Source of the DNA: Octopus vulgaris
Lineage: Eukaryota
Assembly (NCBI GenBank): GCA_951406725.2
Contig: OX597836.1
Span: 21,514,001-21,578,000, forward strand
Length of the DNA stretch: 64,000 nt
Reading direction: 5' to 3'
The notes below the pieces were generated by a model, which was not told where the DNA came from, did no database searches, and worked only from the letters and a program-made list of their open reading frames with translations. Positions 39,976 through 53,736 of this stretch are shown piece by piece. Within the stretch, counting starts at the first letter, position 1; each line of letters opens with the position of its first letter. Made by a program: the position numbers and the translations under genes.

Positions 39976-40710
39976 ACACTCCCTGCCCTGCGCCCCCTCC
40001 CCCACGAAACAACAAACATTTATTTTTCAGTTTTCGAAAAAATGTAAATAAAAACCCTCCTTCACCCTGCTACGCCTTACCACCGCAACCACCACCACTA
40101 CCACCACCACCACTACCACCATCAACAACAATAAACGCCACACCATATTTCCATCACCACCACCGCCGCCGCCGCCGCCACCACCACCACCACTACCACC
40201 ACCACCACCACCACCACCACCACCATCACCATCGCCACCACCATCACCACCACCACCACCACCACCACCACCTCCACCATCACCACCACCATCACCATCG
40301 CCACCACCATCACCACCACCACCTCCACCATCACCACCACCACCACCACCACCACCACCACCACCACCGCCACCGCCGCCGCCATCAACATCAACAACAA
40401 TAAACGCCACACCATCATATTTCCATCACCACCACCGCCACCGCCACCACCACCACCACCACCACCACCGCCACCACCGCCGCCGCCGCCATCAACATCA
40501 ACAACAATAAACGCCACACCATATTTCCACCACCACCACCACCACCACCACCACCACCGCCGCCGCCATCAACATCAACAATAAACACCACCCCATATTT
40601 CCATCATCACCACCACCGCCGCCACCACCACTCCAACAGCCACCACCGCCGCCGCCATCGCCTTCGCCATCGCCTTCGCCATCGCCTTCGTCTTCGTCAC
40701 CGTCACCGTA
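38960..40710. repeat. CAC/CAG/CAT-rich low-complexity region with higher-order repeats upstream of the claudin-like exon
   Basis: (CACCAG)n/(CAC)n tracts, (CTTT)n, and about 4 copies of CCATCAACATCAACAACAATAAACGCCACACCATATTTCCA between 40118 and 40605. Confidence 0.92.
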
Positions 40711-40764
40711 GCCGCTGTAAAACAACATTTCATTTTTTCATTTTTTTTTTTTTTCCCCACCAAG

Positions 40765-40996
40765 ATGGCGCTGTCTAAGCAAGCAGAGAAGTACATGCGG
40801 CTTGTGACCACCGTGTTGACGGTGGCCTCCTATCTCATGCAAATTGTGGCCGTTTGCACGGATTACTGGTTTGTCTTGGAGACACCTCGAGGAGTTTACC
40901 GTTCCAGTAGCAAGCTTTTTATGGTGGAAGCCTCGCACGGCCTTTGGAGGGTGTGCCGTGTCGAGGTGAGAAATGTGTCGGATTTAAGCCTCACGC
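40765..40996 (+). CDS. First recognisable coding exon of a claudin/PMP22/EMP/CACNG-superfamily membrane protein
   Basis: ATG in accaagATGG context and donor GTAAGT at 40997 (phase 1). It reads MALSKQAEKYMRLVTTVLTVASYLMQIVAVCTDYWFVLETPRGVYRSSSKLFMVEASHGLWRVCRVEVRNVSDLSLT: TM1, then TDYW and the GLWxxC signature of extracellular loop 1. Confidence 0.88.
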
Positions 40997-41025
40997 GTAA
41001 GTAAAAGCCTCACGTATATATAAAT

Positions 41026-41115
<90 letters not shown>

Positions 41116-41240
41116 GTGTGTGAAAGGATGTGATTGTGGGTGTGTATGAGTGAATTATGCACGGGGCAAGATGTGTATATAAGTTTTTTTGTATGTATAT
41201 ATGTTTAGAAACTATGTGTATATATATATATATATATATA

Positions 41241-41368
41241 CAGGGTGTCCCAAAAAAATGTATACACACCTTAAATAATTGTAAATTTGTTATTCTTTGT
41301 AAGCCTAGTACTTATTCTATCGTTCTCTTTTGCCGAACCACTATGTGTATACATTTTTTTGGGACACC

Positions 41369-41371
<3 letters not shown>
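41241..41371. mobile_element. Tc1/mariner-type MITE with perfect 28-bp TIRs
   Basis: ta|CAGGGTGTCCCAAAAAAATGTATACACA ... TGTGTATACATTTTTTTGGGACACCCTG|ta. Confidence 0.9.
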
Positions 41372-41418
<47 letters not shown>

Positions 41419-41420
<2 letters not shown>

Positions 41421-41628
41421 GTTAGCGCGCCGGGCGAAATGCTTCGCGGTATTTCGTCTGTCGTTACGTTCTGAGTTCAAATTCCGCCGAGGTCGACTTT
41501 GCCTTTCATCCTTTCGGGGTCGATAAATAAAGTACCAGTTTCGCACTGGGGGGCGATATAATCGACTCAATCCCTTCGTCTGTCCTTGTTTGTCCCCTCT
41601 ATGTTTAGCCCCTTCTGGGCAGTAAATA
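41419..41628 (+). mobile_element. SINE family C, slightly 5'-truncated
   Basis: Homology to 37690-37920. Confidence 0.88.
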
Positions 41629-41629
41629 A

Positions 41630-41671
<42 letters not shown>

Positions 41672-41973
41672 ATATATGTACGATGATGGTATAGCAGGTC
41701 GCAACTTCGAAGTCACTGTCAACAACATTCTTGTACAAGAATAACAAATTTTGTAGTCTGCAAAAGTATAGAGAAACCCCATTAGATGTAATGTAAAATT
41801 GTTTTTGTCGTAAGTGAACATAGGTGCCCCAGCATGGCCGCAGTCTAATGACTGAATCAAGTGAAAAATTAAAGATAAAAGGTGTGTGTGTGTGTGCCTG
41901 TGTTTGTATGTAGGTGCTTGTGTAAACGGAATTTATGTGTATAAATTTTACAGGTGATTAGTATACGTACATG

Positions 41974-42024
<51 letters not shown>

Positions 42025-42219
42025 TCACACGAGCCTATGTTTACATATATGTCTCGTTTGTATGAATATTTAAGCAAGTATACACACGTATTTAATCGTG
42101 TATGTATAAACATTTATATATTCATATATAAAAATTTTCAGTTTGACAGAAAAATATTGGTTTATAAAATTTATGTGTACAACTATGTGTACGTGTTTAC
42201 CTGTGTGTGTGTGTATGTG

Positions 42220-42770
42220 TATGTGTGCGCACGTGTGTGTATGTGTATGTATATCTTTATGTGTGTGTGTGTGTGTCACCGAATACGTTGTGTGTGTGTG
42301 TGTGAGCGTGTATGTGTTCGGATACCTTGTGAGAGTTTGTGCATGTATGTGAATTCGTTGTGTGTGTGTGTGTGCACGTGCGTGTATGTGTATGTATATC
42401 TTTATGTGTGTGTGTGTCACCGAATACGTTGTGTGTGTGTGTGTGTGTGTGTGTCCAAGAGTAAGTGCACGCGCGTGTTTGTGTGTGAGCGTGTGTGTTC
42501 GGATACGTTATGAGAGTTTTTTGCGTGTATGCCAATTCGTTATGTGTATGTGTGTGTATATGTGCGCACGTGCGTGTATGTATATCTTTATGTGTGTGTG
42601 TGTGTGTGTGTCACCGAATATGTTGTGTGTGTATGTATGTGTGTGTGTGTGTGTGTCCGTGTGTCCAAGAAGAGTATGTGCACGCGCGTGTTTGTGTTTG
42701 TGAGTGAGCGTGTATGTGTTCGGATACGTTATGAGAGTTTGTGCGTGTATGCGAATTCGTTATGTGAGTG

Positions 42771-42780
<10 letters not shown>
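42220..42780. repeat. Degenerate minisatellite, about 3 units of 140-200 bp on a (TG)n background
   Basis: Recurring GTGTCACCGAATACGTTG, GTGTTCGGATACGTTATGAGAG and GAATTCGTT blocks. Confidence 0.8.
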
Positions 42781-42814
<34 letters not shown>

Positions 42815-43100
42815 ACTGAGTATGCGCTCTCGTGCGTGCGTTTTTTGTATGTGTGTAAAGAGACCGAACGTCCGAGTGTCGAAGTACATTGTGCGTGAGT
42901 ATATGTGACAGAGTACGTGTGTCTGTGTGCGGGAGGAAGCGAGTACGTATGTATGTGCAAGTACGTTCTGTTTGTGTGCATCTAAGTAGGTGAGTGTATA
43001 TGTGAGTGTGTGTGTGTGTGTGTGTGTTCTAATTGGAGAAATGTTTGTTTACATACACCTGTAAAATTCAATAATCGTTGGATATTGTGTGCGCGTGAGT

Positions 43101-43181
<81 letters not shown>

Positions 43182-43207
43182 TGTTGGTAGGCATGTAGTT
43201 ACATGTA

Positions 43208-43289
<82 letters not shown>

Positions 43290-43787
43290 CTATCTATCTA
43301 TCCGTCTGTCTCTCTGTCTGTCTGTGTATATATATGTGTGTGTGTGTGTATCTATGTGTATGTGTGTGTATCTATGTGTATGTGTGTGTGTATGTATGTA
43401 TATATATATATATATATGCACTCACACACATACATGCGAATACATAAGATATGTGTCCGAATATATGTTTAAATAATACATATAAGACACACACACACAT
43501 ATATACATATATATTTATATATACACACACACGCATGTAGTCATCAGCATGTGTGCTCCAGGATATACATACATACATGTATATATACATACACTTTTAT
43601 TATACACCTTATCTGTATAAACTTATTCAATCCTTACAGGATTAATTGGGACTGGAAAAGTTTATATAGATAACGTGTGTGCGTGTCTATGTGTGTTTGT
43701 GTATTCAACTTGCTTACAAAAAAATATACACTTTTAACATACATTATCACTGGAAACTTATCTAACAGCCGTATATGTAACTATGAA

Positions 43788-43833
<46 letters not shown>

Positions 43834-44138
43834 TATACACGCCCACACACACATAAATACACACACACATACATGCATATACATTAGCTATTCGCTAGAA
43901 TTGTACCGAAATGAAATAAAAAAAAAAAAGGAAAGAAAGTTATGTGTGTTTTAATTCTTACTATAAATAAATATAGAAATTTCCTTAAACGGGGATGTCT
44001 GCGTAACTCTGAGCTACACACACACACGCCGACGTGTTGGCGTATTCGTCGCGTACACTACAGCGGACACTGCTAGCGCTTCTATCTGCACGCGCATCAT
44101 ATGCATTCATAACACATACATACGTATGTGTGTGTGTG

Positions 44139-44179
<41 letters not shown>

Positions 44180-44449
44180 GAGATAATTCTTGAAGCGAGC
44201 AAATACCAAAATATCAAAGTGATTCTATACAAGTTTTAAGATGACTAAAAAAAAGCACTTAAACGCAAATTCTCTTACGCACACACAGACGTACACACAG
44301 ACATAGACAAACACACAGACACAAACACACAGACACGTAGACACACAGATATGTGTGTATGTTCGTTATATGAATACAAACTGGTCAGTAGTTCATATAT
44401 CCGAAAAAGAAGGTGGCTCTGAAACGTTGGAGCAGTGATACATTTAGAA

Positions 44450-44593
44450 GGCCGGTCAGAGAGAGTGACCACTGGCTTTGCAGCTATAAAGCTTTATAGG
44501 CGGCGACCCGGCGGATTAAAATGCCGTAGATTAATCGCCTATACAGCTAAGGACTTTATAGGGGCGAGACCAATGGTCACTCTCTGACCAGCC
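44450..44593. mobile_element. Small fold-back element / MITE
   Basis: GGCCGGTCAGAGAGAGTGACCACTGG ... CCAATGGTCACTCTCTGACCAGCC, plus an inner inverted pair TATAGGCG / CGCCTATA. Confidence 0.6.
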
Positions 44594-44646
44594 ATAACAA
44601 ATAACAATCTAAATACATACATAGAGATAGGTACAAAAACAAACAC

Positions 44647-45135
<489 letters not shown>

Positions 45136-45154
45136 TCGGGAACACACACACACA

Positions 45155-45205
<51 letters not shown>

Positions 45206-45816
45206 ACACACACATACACACACTCACACACATAGAGACACATCTGCGTGTGTGTGTGTGTATCCATGTTTGTGATTTTTTATGCGTGAGTCTGTATTTT
45301 ATCATTTAAAAAAAGAGCGGAGTTGCCATCAACGAGATTCTGGGTTCGATCCCAACTAGGTAACAACTCGGACTGTGTCTTAGTTTTGGGGATAAAACTG
45401 ATGAGAGACGGGCAATGCGAGGGGGGAGGTTGTGAGCACGTTTGAGCACATAACCATCTAGGATGATCATCGTCGACAGTGACGGAAGGCACATTACGAT
45501 GAAGAAAGGCGAGTTTATGAGAGAAAAGAAGGCGTGGGCAATACAACACATGGTGTATATACAAATAGATAATTGTGTGCACTTGTGTGCATGTGTGCAT
45601 GCGTATGTGTGTGTATGAGGGTGAATGTGTGTGTGAACGTGTGTAAATGAGTATATATGTGTGAACATCTGTGTGTGTGTGTATATATATGTGTGAGTGT
45701 ACGCTTGTGTGTGTGTGTGTGTGTGTATGTATATGTGTGTGTATAGGTATGTATAAGCGTGTACATGTGTTTTTAAGCAGGATGTTCGAGCGTCTATGTG
45801 TGTGGTACGTTTGTTG

Positions 45817-45870
<54 letters not shown>

Positions 45871-45961
45871 GTGTGTGTTATGCATTTATGTTCAGGGTAT
45901 TCTGTGCGAATGCAGAAGTTTCTCATTCGTTCAGTGACTTGCTGCAGGTATATATATATAC

Positions 45962-46102
<141 letters not shown>

Positions 46103-46211
46103 TATATATATGTATATATATGGATATATATATATATAATATATATATAACATATGTTGGATATATATATATATAAATATGATTATATGATATATATATA
46201 TCATATAGTAT

Positions 46212-46250
<39 letters not shown>

Positions 46251-46272
46251 ATATGTATATATATGTAATAAA

Positions 46273-46360
46273 CGCACGCACGTACGCACGCACGCACGTA
46301 CGCACGCACGCACGTACGCACGCACGCACGTACGCACGCACGCACGTACGCACGCACGCA
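46273..46360. repeat. (GCAC)n/GTAC mixed repeat
   Basis: Read directly; a second tract lies at 50230-50345. Confidence 0.9.
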
Positions 46361-47351
46361 CTTATATGTATATATGATGGTGGTTGTTGTATGTGTGCAT
46401 ATGTGTATATATATATATATATATTGTATATGTATATATATATGTATATGTATATATATGTATATAAATATGTATATATATATATATTTTATATGTATAT
46501 ATTGTATATATATATGTATAACATATGTATATATATGTGTGTATGTGTGTATGTGTGTATGTGTATGTATGTATGTGTATTGTGTATTTATTGCGTGTAT
46601 ATGTGATACACTGAAGCATAGCGTACGTGTGTGTGTATCTAACTGCTTGTCTTTCTGTCTTCGTTCAAAAGTGTTACGGCTGATAAAATTACATAACACT
46701 AGGGATGATATCCAATAATAAAAGACACACACACACACAAAGTAGTACACACACACACACACAAAATAAAATGAATTCCGGTGTTCAGCCTGTGTAAACG
46801 TTTGTGAAGTTTCGGCTTCCACTAAAATTGCATAACGTTACTCTCTGTTATTGAGTACTTCGTGATTACGATCTGTTTGGAGGCCCTGGAGACGTAGACG
46901 GCCTCGATCTGCTTTCGAAACGGGCAAAACGGGAGGCTCCTCTCTCGTTCAGAGGCGGACGTAGCGCAGATGCGATGAATGCTCGGCGTCAAGTGGGCAG
47001 AACTGGTATATACCGGGTGCAGTGGTTAAATTGTCATTACATTTTTAATTTCGCGCATACGAAACTTGTGGTGTCAGTGTAATTCTAATTTTTGCGTAAT
47101 TCAAGACACTTTATTATACGCTGCTCTGGTCCACTCATCTGACAAAAATGAGGTCTACCTGTAATTCAAAGGGACAGCCTTGTCACACTCTGTGTCACGC
47201 TGAATCTCCCTTAAAAAACTACATTGAGGGTACGCGTGTCTGTGGAGTGCGTAGCCACTTGCATGTTTAATTTCACGAGCAGTCTTCCGTTGATTGGATC
47301 AAATGGGACCCTCGTCGTTGTAACCGACGGAGTACCAGTGCAGTGCCAGTG

Positions 47352-47450
<99 letters not shown>

Positions 47451-47807
47451 AACGTTTATGTACAGACATATAGATATGTATGTTATAATTTAAGAACAAA
47501 CAGTAAAAAGTTATATTATATACTATATATTATATTACTCCGTGTTTCGAATGTCGGAGCGAAGAGGTACGATACATTCTCGTCGGCTATTAATGGCAAC
47601 AGACGCTATGAAAAACCGTCGAATAAAGGGGCAGTAACTCTAATAGGTGGAAAAAGAAAAAAGGGAAAATACATGCGATCATATTCTCACAATACATAGA
47701 CATAAACCTCTTGCGTTCACAACGTCTATATACCTACATGTACACACACACAAACATATACGTATGTACGTACTCATACATACCCGCATATCCACACACA
47801 CACACAC

Positions 47808-47856
<49 letters not shown>

Positions 47857-47873
47857 TATACAGTGATCTCGGT

Positions 47874-47932
<59 letters not shown>

Positions 47933-48059
47933 GTTATGAGCGGTAATGGTGTCAATAAGACCCAAAGTTGTCAGGTAGTGCTGAGTAAGTGCTATGGACA
48001 GATCATAGTTAAGCTCCAAGTTCGCTGATTATGCGAAGGAGTCCAACGTAGATCACACC

Positions 48060-48107
48060 GTCTCCGATGAAAGGATATAATAAATATCCTGGAAACAGCT
48101 GTAAGAC
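48060..48107 (+). ncRNA. Minimal type I hammerhead ribozyme-like motif (U4C variant)
   Basis: GTCT CCGATGA A AGGATAT-aataa-ATATCCT G GAAAC-AGCT-GTA AGAC: 4-bp stem I, 7-bp stem II, palindromic ACAGCTGT and GUA triplet. Confidence 0.7.
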
Positions 48108-48331
48108 CTTCTATTTATAAATGTTCTAAAATCTTCACAGCCTTGGTTTTTTTTTATCTCATTCTAAAAAAAATTATATATATATGTATATATATATATA
48201 ATAGAATCAAGTAAAGGTAATAAACCTCATTAAGGGATCATAAATCCAATGAAAATACTGGTTAGTTACCAGTCTATAGAAAGACCAACTATAACATAAC
48301 CATATAAACCGTGGTTCATATATTTATATAT

Positions 48332-48528
48332 TTAAAGAATAAGGAGAAGATGGAGAGATAATAAAATTATTTATTAATTATAAAATGACATCTCTGGTAG
48401 CTGTTTCGATTCAGAAGTCTTTAGATAATTAATTTATAAAAATTGAACTAGCTGTCAGAGACGTTGTCATATTTTACAATTAATAAATAATTTTATAAAT
48501 TATCTCTCCATTTCTCTCTTATTCTTTA
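48332..48528. repeat. Imperfect inverted repeat with arms of about 80 bp
   Basis: TAAAGAATAAGGAGAAGATGGAGAGATAAT...ATGACATCTCTGGTAGCT versus AGCTGTCAGAGACGTTGTCAT...ATTATCTCTCCATTTCTCTCTTATTCTTTA. Confidence 0.75.
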
Positions 48529-48560
48529 TCACACACACATACATACATACATACATACAT

Positions 48561-48643
<83 letters not shown>

Positions 48644-48694
48644 AGGAAAGTGTGTACTTGAGTGTGTATTTGTCCTTGAGTATATACGCTTGTA

Positions 48695-48870
48695 GTAAGT
48701 TTACGAAAATAACAAAAGACGAAGGCAGGTGGTGTACAAAACAAACAGATGTATTAGTATAATGCTCAGGAATAGAAAAAGTCTTTTACGTTTCGAGCCT
48801 ACGCTCTTCTACAGAAAGGGACACAGAAAAAACAAGGAGAGAAAAAAATATGTGTAGTGGCTAACGATTT
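48695..48870 (-). mobile_element. Short dispersed repeat with hammerhead-like motif (probable Penelope terminal repeat)
   Basis: Homologous to 58720-58876. The - strand at 48783-48818 reads CTTT CTGTAGA A GAGC-GTAG-GCTC GAAAC-GTA AAAG. Confidence 0.7.
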
Positions 48871-48909
48871 ATACACAAACACATATATATATTTATATGT
48901 ATATATCTA

Positions 48910-49008
<99 letters not shown>

Positions 49009-49396
49009 AGGTTTGTGTACAAATACACACACACTTTTGTACTCCACGGTATATAAATGGTGAATGGTGCTAGCGTTGGTTTCTTGGTTTCGACGAATTG
49101 CAGTCCAACGTACGGAATAGAGTGAAATTTCAGCTTCGGATAAATAAAAACGCAATCTTATTTTTGGCTTTTTCTTTTATGGAACTACCCTTATACTCAC
49201 AACGCGCGTGAGCGTGCGCACGTACACACACACAATATACATGTGTGTACTTGTGCGTATGTGTATGTGTGTGTGTGTGATTGCTCTGGTAACGATTTCA
49301 CCATGTAATGTATAATGCATGCAGATGTTAACTCATACTTATGAATATTCACTGCATAGTCCATACATAGCAATATACAGAAGGAGGGAGAACCAT

Positions 49397-49446
<50 letters not shown>

Positions 49447-49471
49447 TACATACATACATACATACATACAT

Positions 49472-49526
<55 letters not shown>

Positions 49527-50913
49527 ACACACCACACACCACACACCACACACACATCCACACACACAGAGCCACACACACACACACACATCACACACAC
49601 AACACACACACTTGAGGACTCAGGAACTTTTGCCCCAAACGCAATCAGCGTTACAGTATTTGACACACATCCACACACACACAGCCACACACACACATAC
49701 ACACACATCCACACACACACAGCCACACACACACACACATACATACACACCACACACCACACACATATCCGCACACACATCCACACACATATGTCCATGC
49801 ACATATACATGTACACACGTCTATATAACGCACACAAACACACATACATAGACGCATCCATAAATGCACACATGCATACACAATTACGCACACAAAATTT
49901 ATTCACACCAACATAAGGGGCCACATGTACAGACACATACATTAACTGAATGCACATGAGCGCATAGAAGCATACACACGCATCATGAGTGCATATGTAT
50001 ACACACATATATACACAAACACGCACAAAGCTCACCAATATATGAACGAACACCGACAGAGAACAAGCAGAACCTACTTCGCCACACGCACGCACGAGCA
50101 CCCATGCATCCTCTAGTTCACATACACACATGGAATTCGTGCATGTACATACAAATGCAAGCAAACATACACAAACGCAGACACATACATGCATCCTGTC
50201 TCCTCCACGCACACACACACACACACGCAAGCACGCACGCACGTACGCACGCACGCACGTACGCACGCACGCACGTACGCACGCACGCACGTACGCACGC
50301 ACGCACGTACGCACGCACGCACGTACGCACGCACGCACGTACGCACTCACGCACTCACGGGAGGCAGAGATATGTTAAGGCAGGCAGGCAGGCAGCAGCT
50401 GGTGCAAGAGGGAAGGGGGAGAGAACTGTGGAATGCAAACTTCTACCACGTGGAGATCATCTCCCCCCCGCCCCTCGCCTTCCAACTGCCGCAATTATAA
50501 AGCTTCATTTATGTGCGACAGCTGCCCGATAATGGTGTTTGGCTGTTTGTGTACGTAAGTGTGTGTGTGTGTATGTGTATGTGTGTATGAATGTGTGTGT
50601 ATGTGTGTGTGTGTGAGTGCATATGTACATGTATGTATATATGTACGTATATACATAATATATATTAATACATATATATATATATATACTTATATATATA
50701 TTTATGCATATTTATAAATATGCCTATATATATATACATATATGCATACATATGTGTATATATACATATATCTGAATATGTATGTATATATATGCATATA
50801 TCTGTGTATACATACATTCATTTATACATATATTGTATGCGTATATATATAAATACACACACACACACACACACACATTTATGTATGTACCTATGTATAT
50901 ATGTATGTATATA

Positions 50914-51234
50914 CCGGGTGCAGTGGTTAAATTGTCATTACATTTTTAATTTCGCGCATACGAAACTCCTTGTAACACCAAAGGTGAGCTGAAGGCAAGG
51001 ATTATGGCAGCATTCACTAACTTCAGCAAAAAGACCGTCCAGAAGAGTTGCAGGAGATTCCAAAGTCGTCGGGAGGCCGTAGCTGAAGCCAATGGCGATT
51101 TTATAAAATAAATTTACTCTTTAGTATTTCAAGATATTTTTATGTAATTTTGGTAAAAATATCTGTTAAAATGAGGTGTCAGTGTAATTCTAATTTTTGC
51201 GTAATTTAGACGACATTATATTCACCGCACCAGG
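50914..51234 (+). mobile_element. Internally deleted Tc1/mariner (maT-like) element
   Basis: ta|CCGGGTGCAGTGGTTAAATTGTC ... GACGACATTATATTCACCGCACCAGG. It keeps the transposase C-terminus CNTKGELKARIMAAFTNFSKKTVQKSCRRFQSRREAVAEANGDFIK*. A shorter derivative lies at 47013-47110. Confidence 0.8.
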
Positions 51235-51544
51235 CCATTTTTGTTGTCTCTGTGTCTTTTCTGCATTCGACGGTTATTCATCCGGACGTTATTTTTTTCG
51301 CCTCTCGATGTTTTTCTCTTCTACTATCTATTCTATATCCTTTCAAAATTTCTTCCCGGCATTACCCATTACAATTCGTCTTGGTCTATCGGTCCTGAAT
51401 GTCTATCGTCGTCCATTGTTTCCTTCCATCTGTCCACTCTGGTGTCGTTTGTTCGTTCGAAGCCCTAACCCTCCACAAATTTTATATTTTAAAAATGTCT
51501 GGATGCTGCTGTCTTATGAAGTTTTCTTGTCTTGTTGTCAAAAG

Positions 51545-52324
51545 CACAAAACAGGGAGTAATATCACAACTCAATACTAGTTGTGGAATCTTTCAAGGAG
51601 ACTCTTTATCTCCTTTGTTATTCTGCGCCGTATTGTTTCTTATAAGTAAACTCCTAAATGAAACAAATTTTGAATACACTGTGTATGGAAAAACAGTGAA
51701 ACATCTCTTCTATATAGATGACTTGAATTTGTTCGCAAAAAACTGACCAACAAATGCAAACATACTTACACACAGTCAAACAATTTAGAGATAACGTCAA
51801 AATAGAATTTGTGCTTGATAAATGCGCCAAGGCTACATTTACCAAAGGAAAAGTCTCAGACACATGTAACATCATTCTAGATAGAGACACCGAGATAAAG
51901 GAATTAGAACTTCGGGGTAGTTATAAGTATCTAGGAATATGTGCAGACGTGATTAAGCACTGGCTAATGAGAGAAAAAAATAAGGAAGGAGTGCTGTCAA
52001 AGAGTAAGAGCCATTCTGAAAATCGAACTGAATGTCAGAAAGAAAATTGAGGTCATAAAAACGTTGGTCATGCCCGTAATCACATACAGATTCAATATTA
52101 TCGACTGGTCCTTCTCTGAGATAAAAGTTGATGTCAAAATCGACAGCTAATGATGATGAATCTGATGCATCACCCAAAAGCAGACAGACCAAATATACCT
52201 CCCGAGAGAAGAAGGCAACCGGGAGTTAATACGATTCCAACTCTCATCGAAAATTGCAACCATGGGACTTTCTGCCTATCTGCAACAAGTAAATAACTGG
52301 ATGTTAAAGTTAGTTCTGGAACAT
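51545..52324 (+). mobile_element. R4/Dong-like LINE fragment: degenerate reverse transcriptase
   Basis: GIFQGDSLSPLLFC, HLFYIDDLNLFAKN, IEFVLDKCAK, SYKYLGI and NNWMLKLVLEH, with stops and frameshifts. Confidence 0.92.
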
Positions 52325-53404
52325 AGGCGTAGTTGTCAGTGTGTGGTAAAAAGCTTGCTTCCCAGCCACACTGTTCCGGGTTCAGTCCTATTGCGTGGCA
52401 CCTTGGCTTCTACTGTAGCCTCGGGTCGACCAAAGCCTTGTGAGTGGATTTGGTAGACGTAAACTGAAAGAAGCCCGTCATATATATATAAGCGTGAGCT
52501 TATATTTGACGTTATATGAATGTGATCCTGTTTGAGTGTCAGATCATGCGCAGTACACTACACAATCCCGTCCGATTGTTGTTCATCAGAGCGTGAAACT
52601 TGAAATAGCTCACGTATAATTCCTGTATTTACCAAATTCTATATACATGCATGCACTCATCATACATACATACATACATACATACATACATACATACATA
52701 CATACATGTGTATGTGTATACATATATATGTGTGTGTGTGTATGTGTGAATGTATGTCTTAGTGCTTGTGTCAATCAATATATAGTACGAATGCAGATGT
52801 GTTCGTGTTAGTGTTTATTTACAGAGCTAGATAGACGGTCAGTCCACCCGTCCCCAGACTGACACACAGACAGACAATGGTGGTTCTGTCAATGTTTATC
52901 TATTTGTTGAACAGTGGTTAATTGTAAAGATAAGGGCTACAAGTTCAGCTTTCACCAACGGTGATTCATTGTTCTTGTAGTCGCGTTGGTTGCGGGGATG
53001 GTTGTTACTGTTTGCGTTTTGGTGTTGATTGTGGTTGTGTTGCTGCAGCTGCTGATGTTGTTGTGGTTGTGGTTTTGTTTGTTGCAGCCGTTGTTGTTGT
53101 TGTTGTTGTTGTTGTTATCATTGTCATTGTTGCAGTTATTACTGTTGTTGTTGTAGTTGTTGTTGATAACCTGTTCGCCGATGGAGAAAAGTATTAGCAA
53201 AGGGGGAGGGTTGCTAGCAATGGGGATAGAGAGAGAGGGCGTGTGTCTGTATGTATGTATATTTGTGTGTGTACGTGTGTATGTGTGTATGTGTGCGTGC
53301 ACATGTGTTTGTTGCCGATCTCAACCGATGTTGGTTTGCCTGCATCTATGTAACTTAGCGGTTCGACAAAAATTTAAAAAATGAGACCTAAAGCATAAGT
53401 AAAA

Positions 53405-53736
53405 GGCGTAAAGGACAAAGACCACCCCTTCAGTCATGAATGACCATGGGTTTGCACTAGAAAGTTATCCTCCGAGGTAAGTTCGGGCAAGGTTGTTTGT
53501 GGAAGGCCAGCAGTCACTCATGCATATCAGCGACTTCTCTCCACGCCACCAATGTCATCCAAGGGAAAGGCAAAGGGGCCGATACAGCTTCGCACCAGTG
53601 ACGTCACAACTCATTTCTCCAGCTGAGTGAACTGTAGCACCATGAAATAAAGTGTCTTGCTCAAGAGTACAACATAGAACCTTATCGAACTCACTACCTC
53701 ATGATTGTGAGTCCGACGCTCTAACCACTGAGCCAT
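53405..53736 (-). mobile_element. SINE, head X with tail D
   Basis: Colinear with 28064-28372; head ATGGCTCAGTGGTTAGAGCGTCGGACTCACAATCATGAGGTAGTGAGTTCGAT. Confidence 0.82.

Noticed and set aside
39019-40517. Gly/Ala-, Thr/Ser- and His-rich ORFs
   Set aside because: Same trinucleotide artefact, running through CTTT and CT microsatellites.
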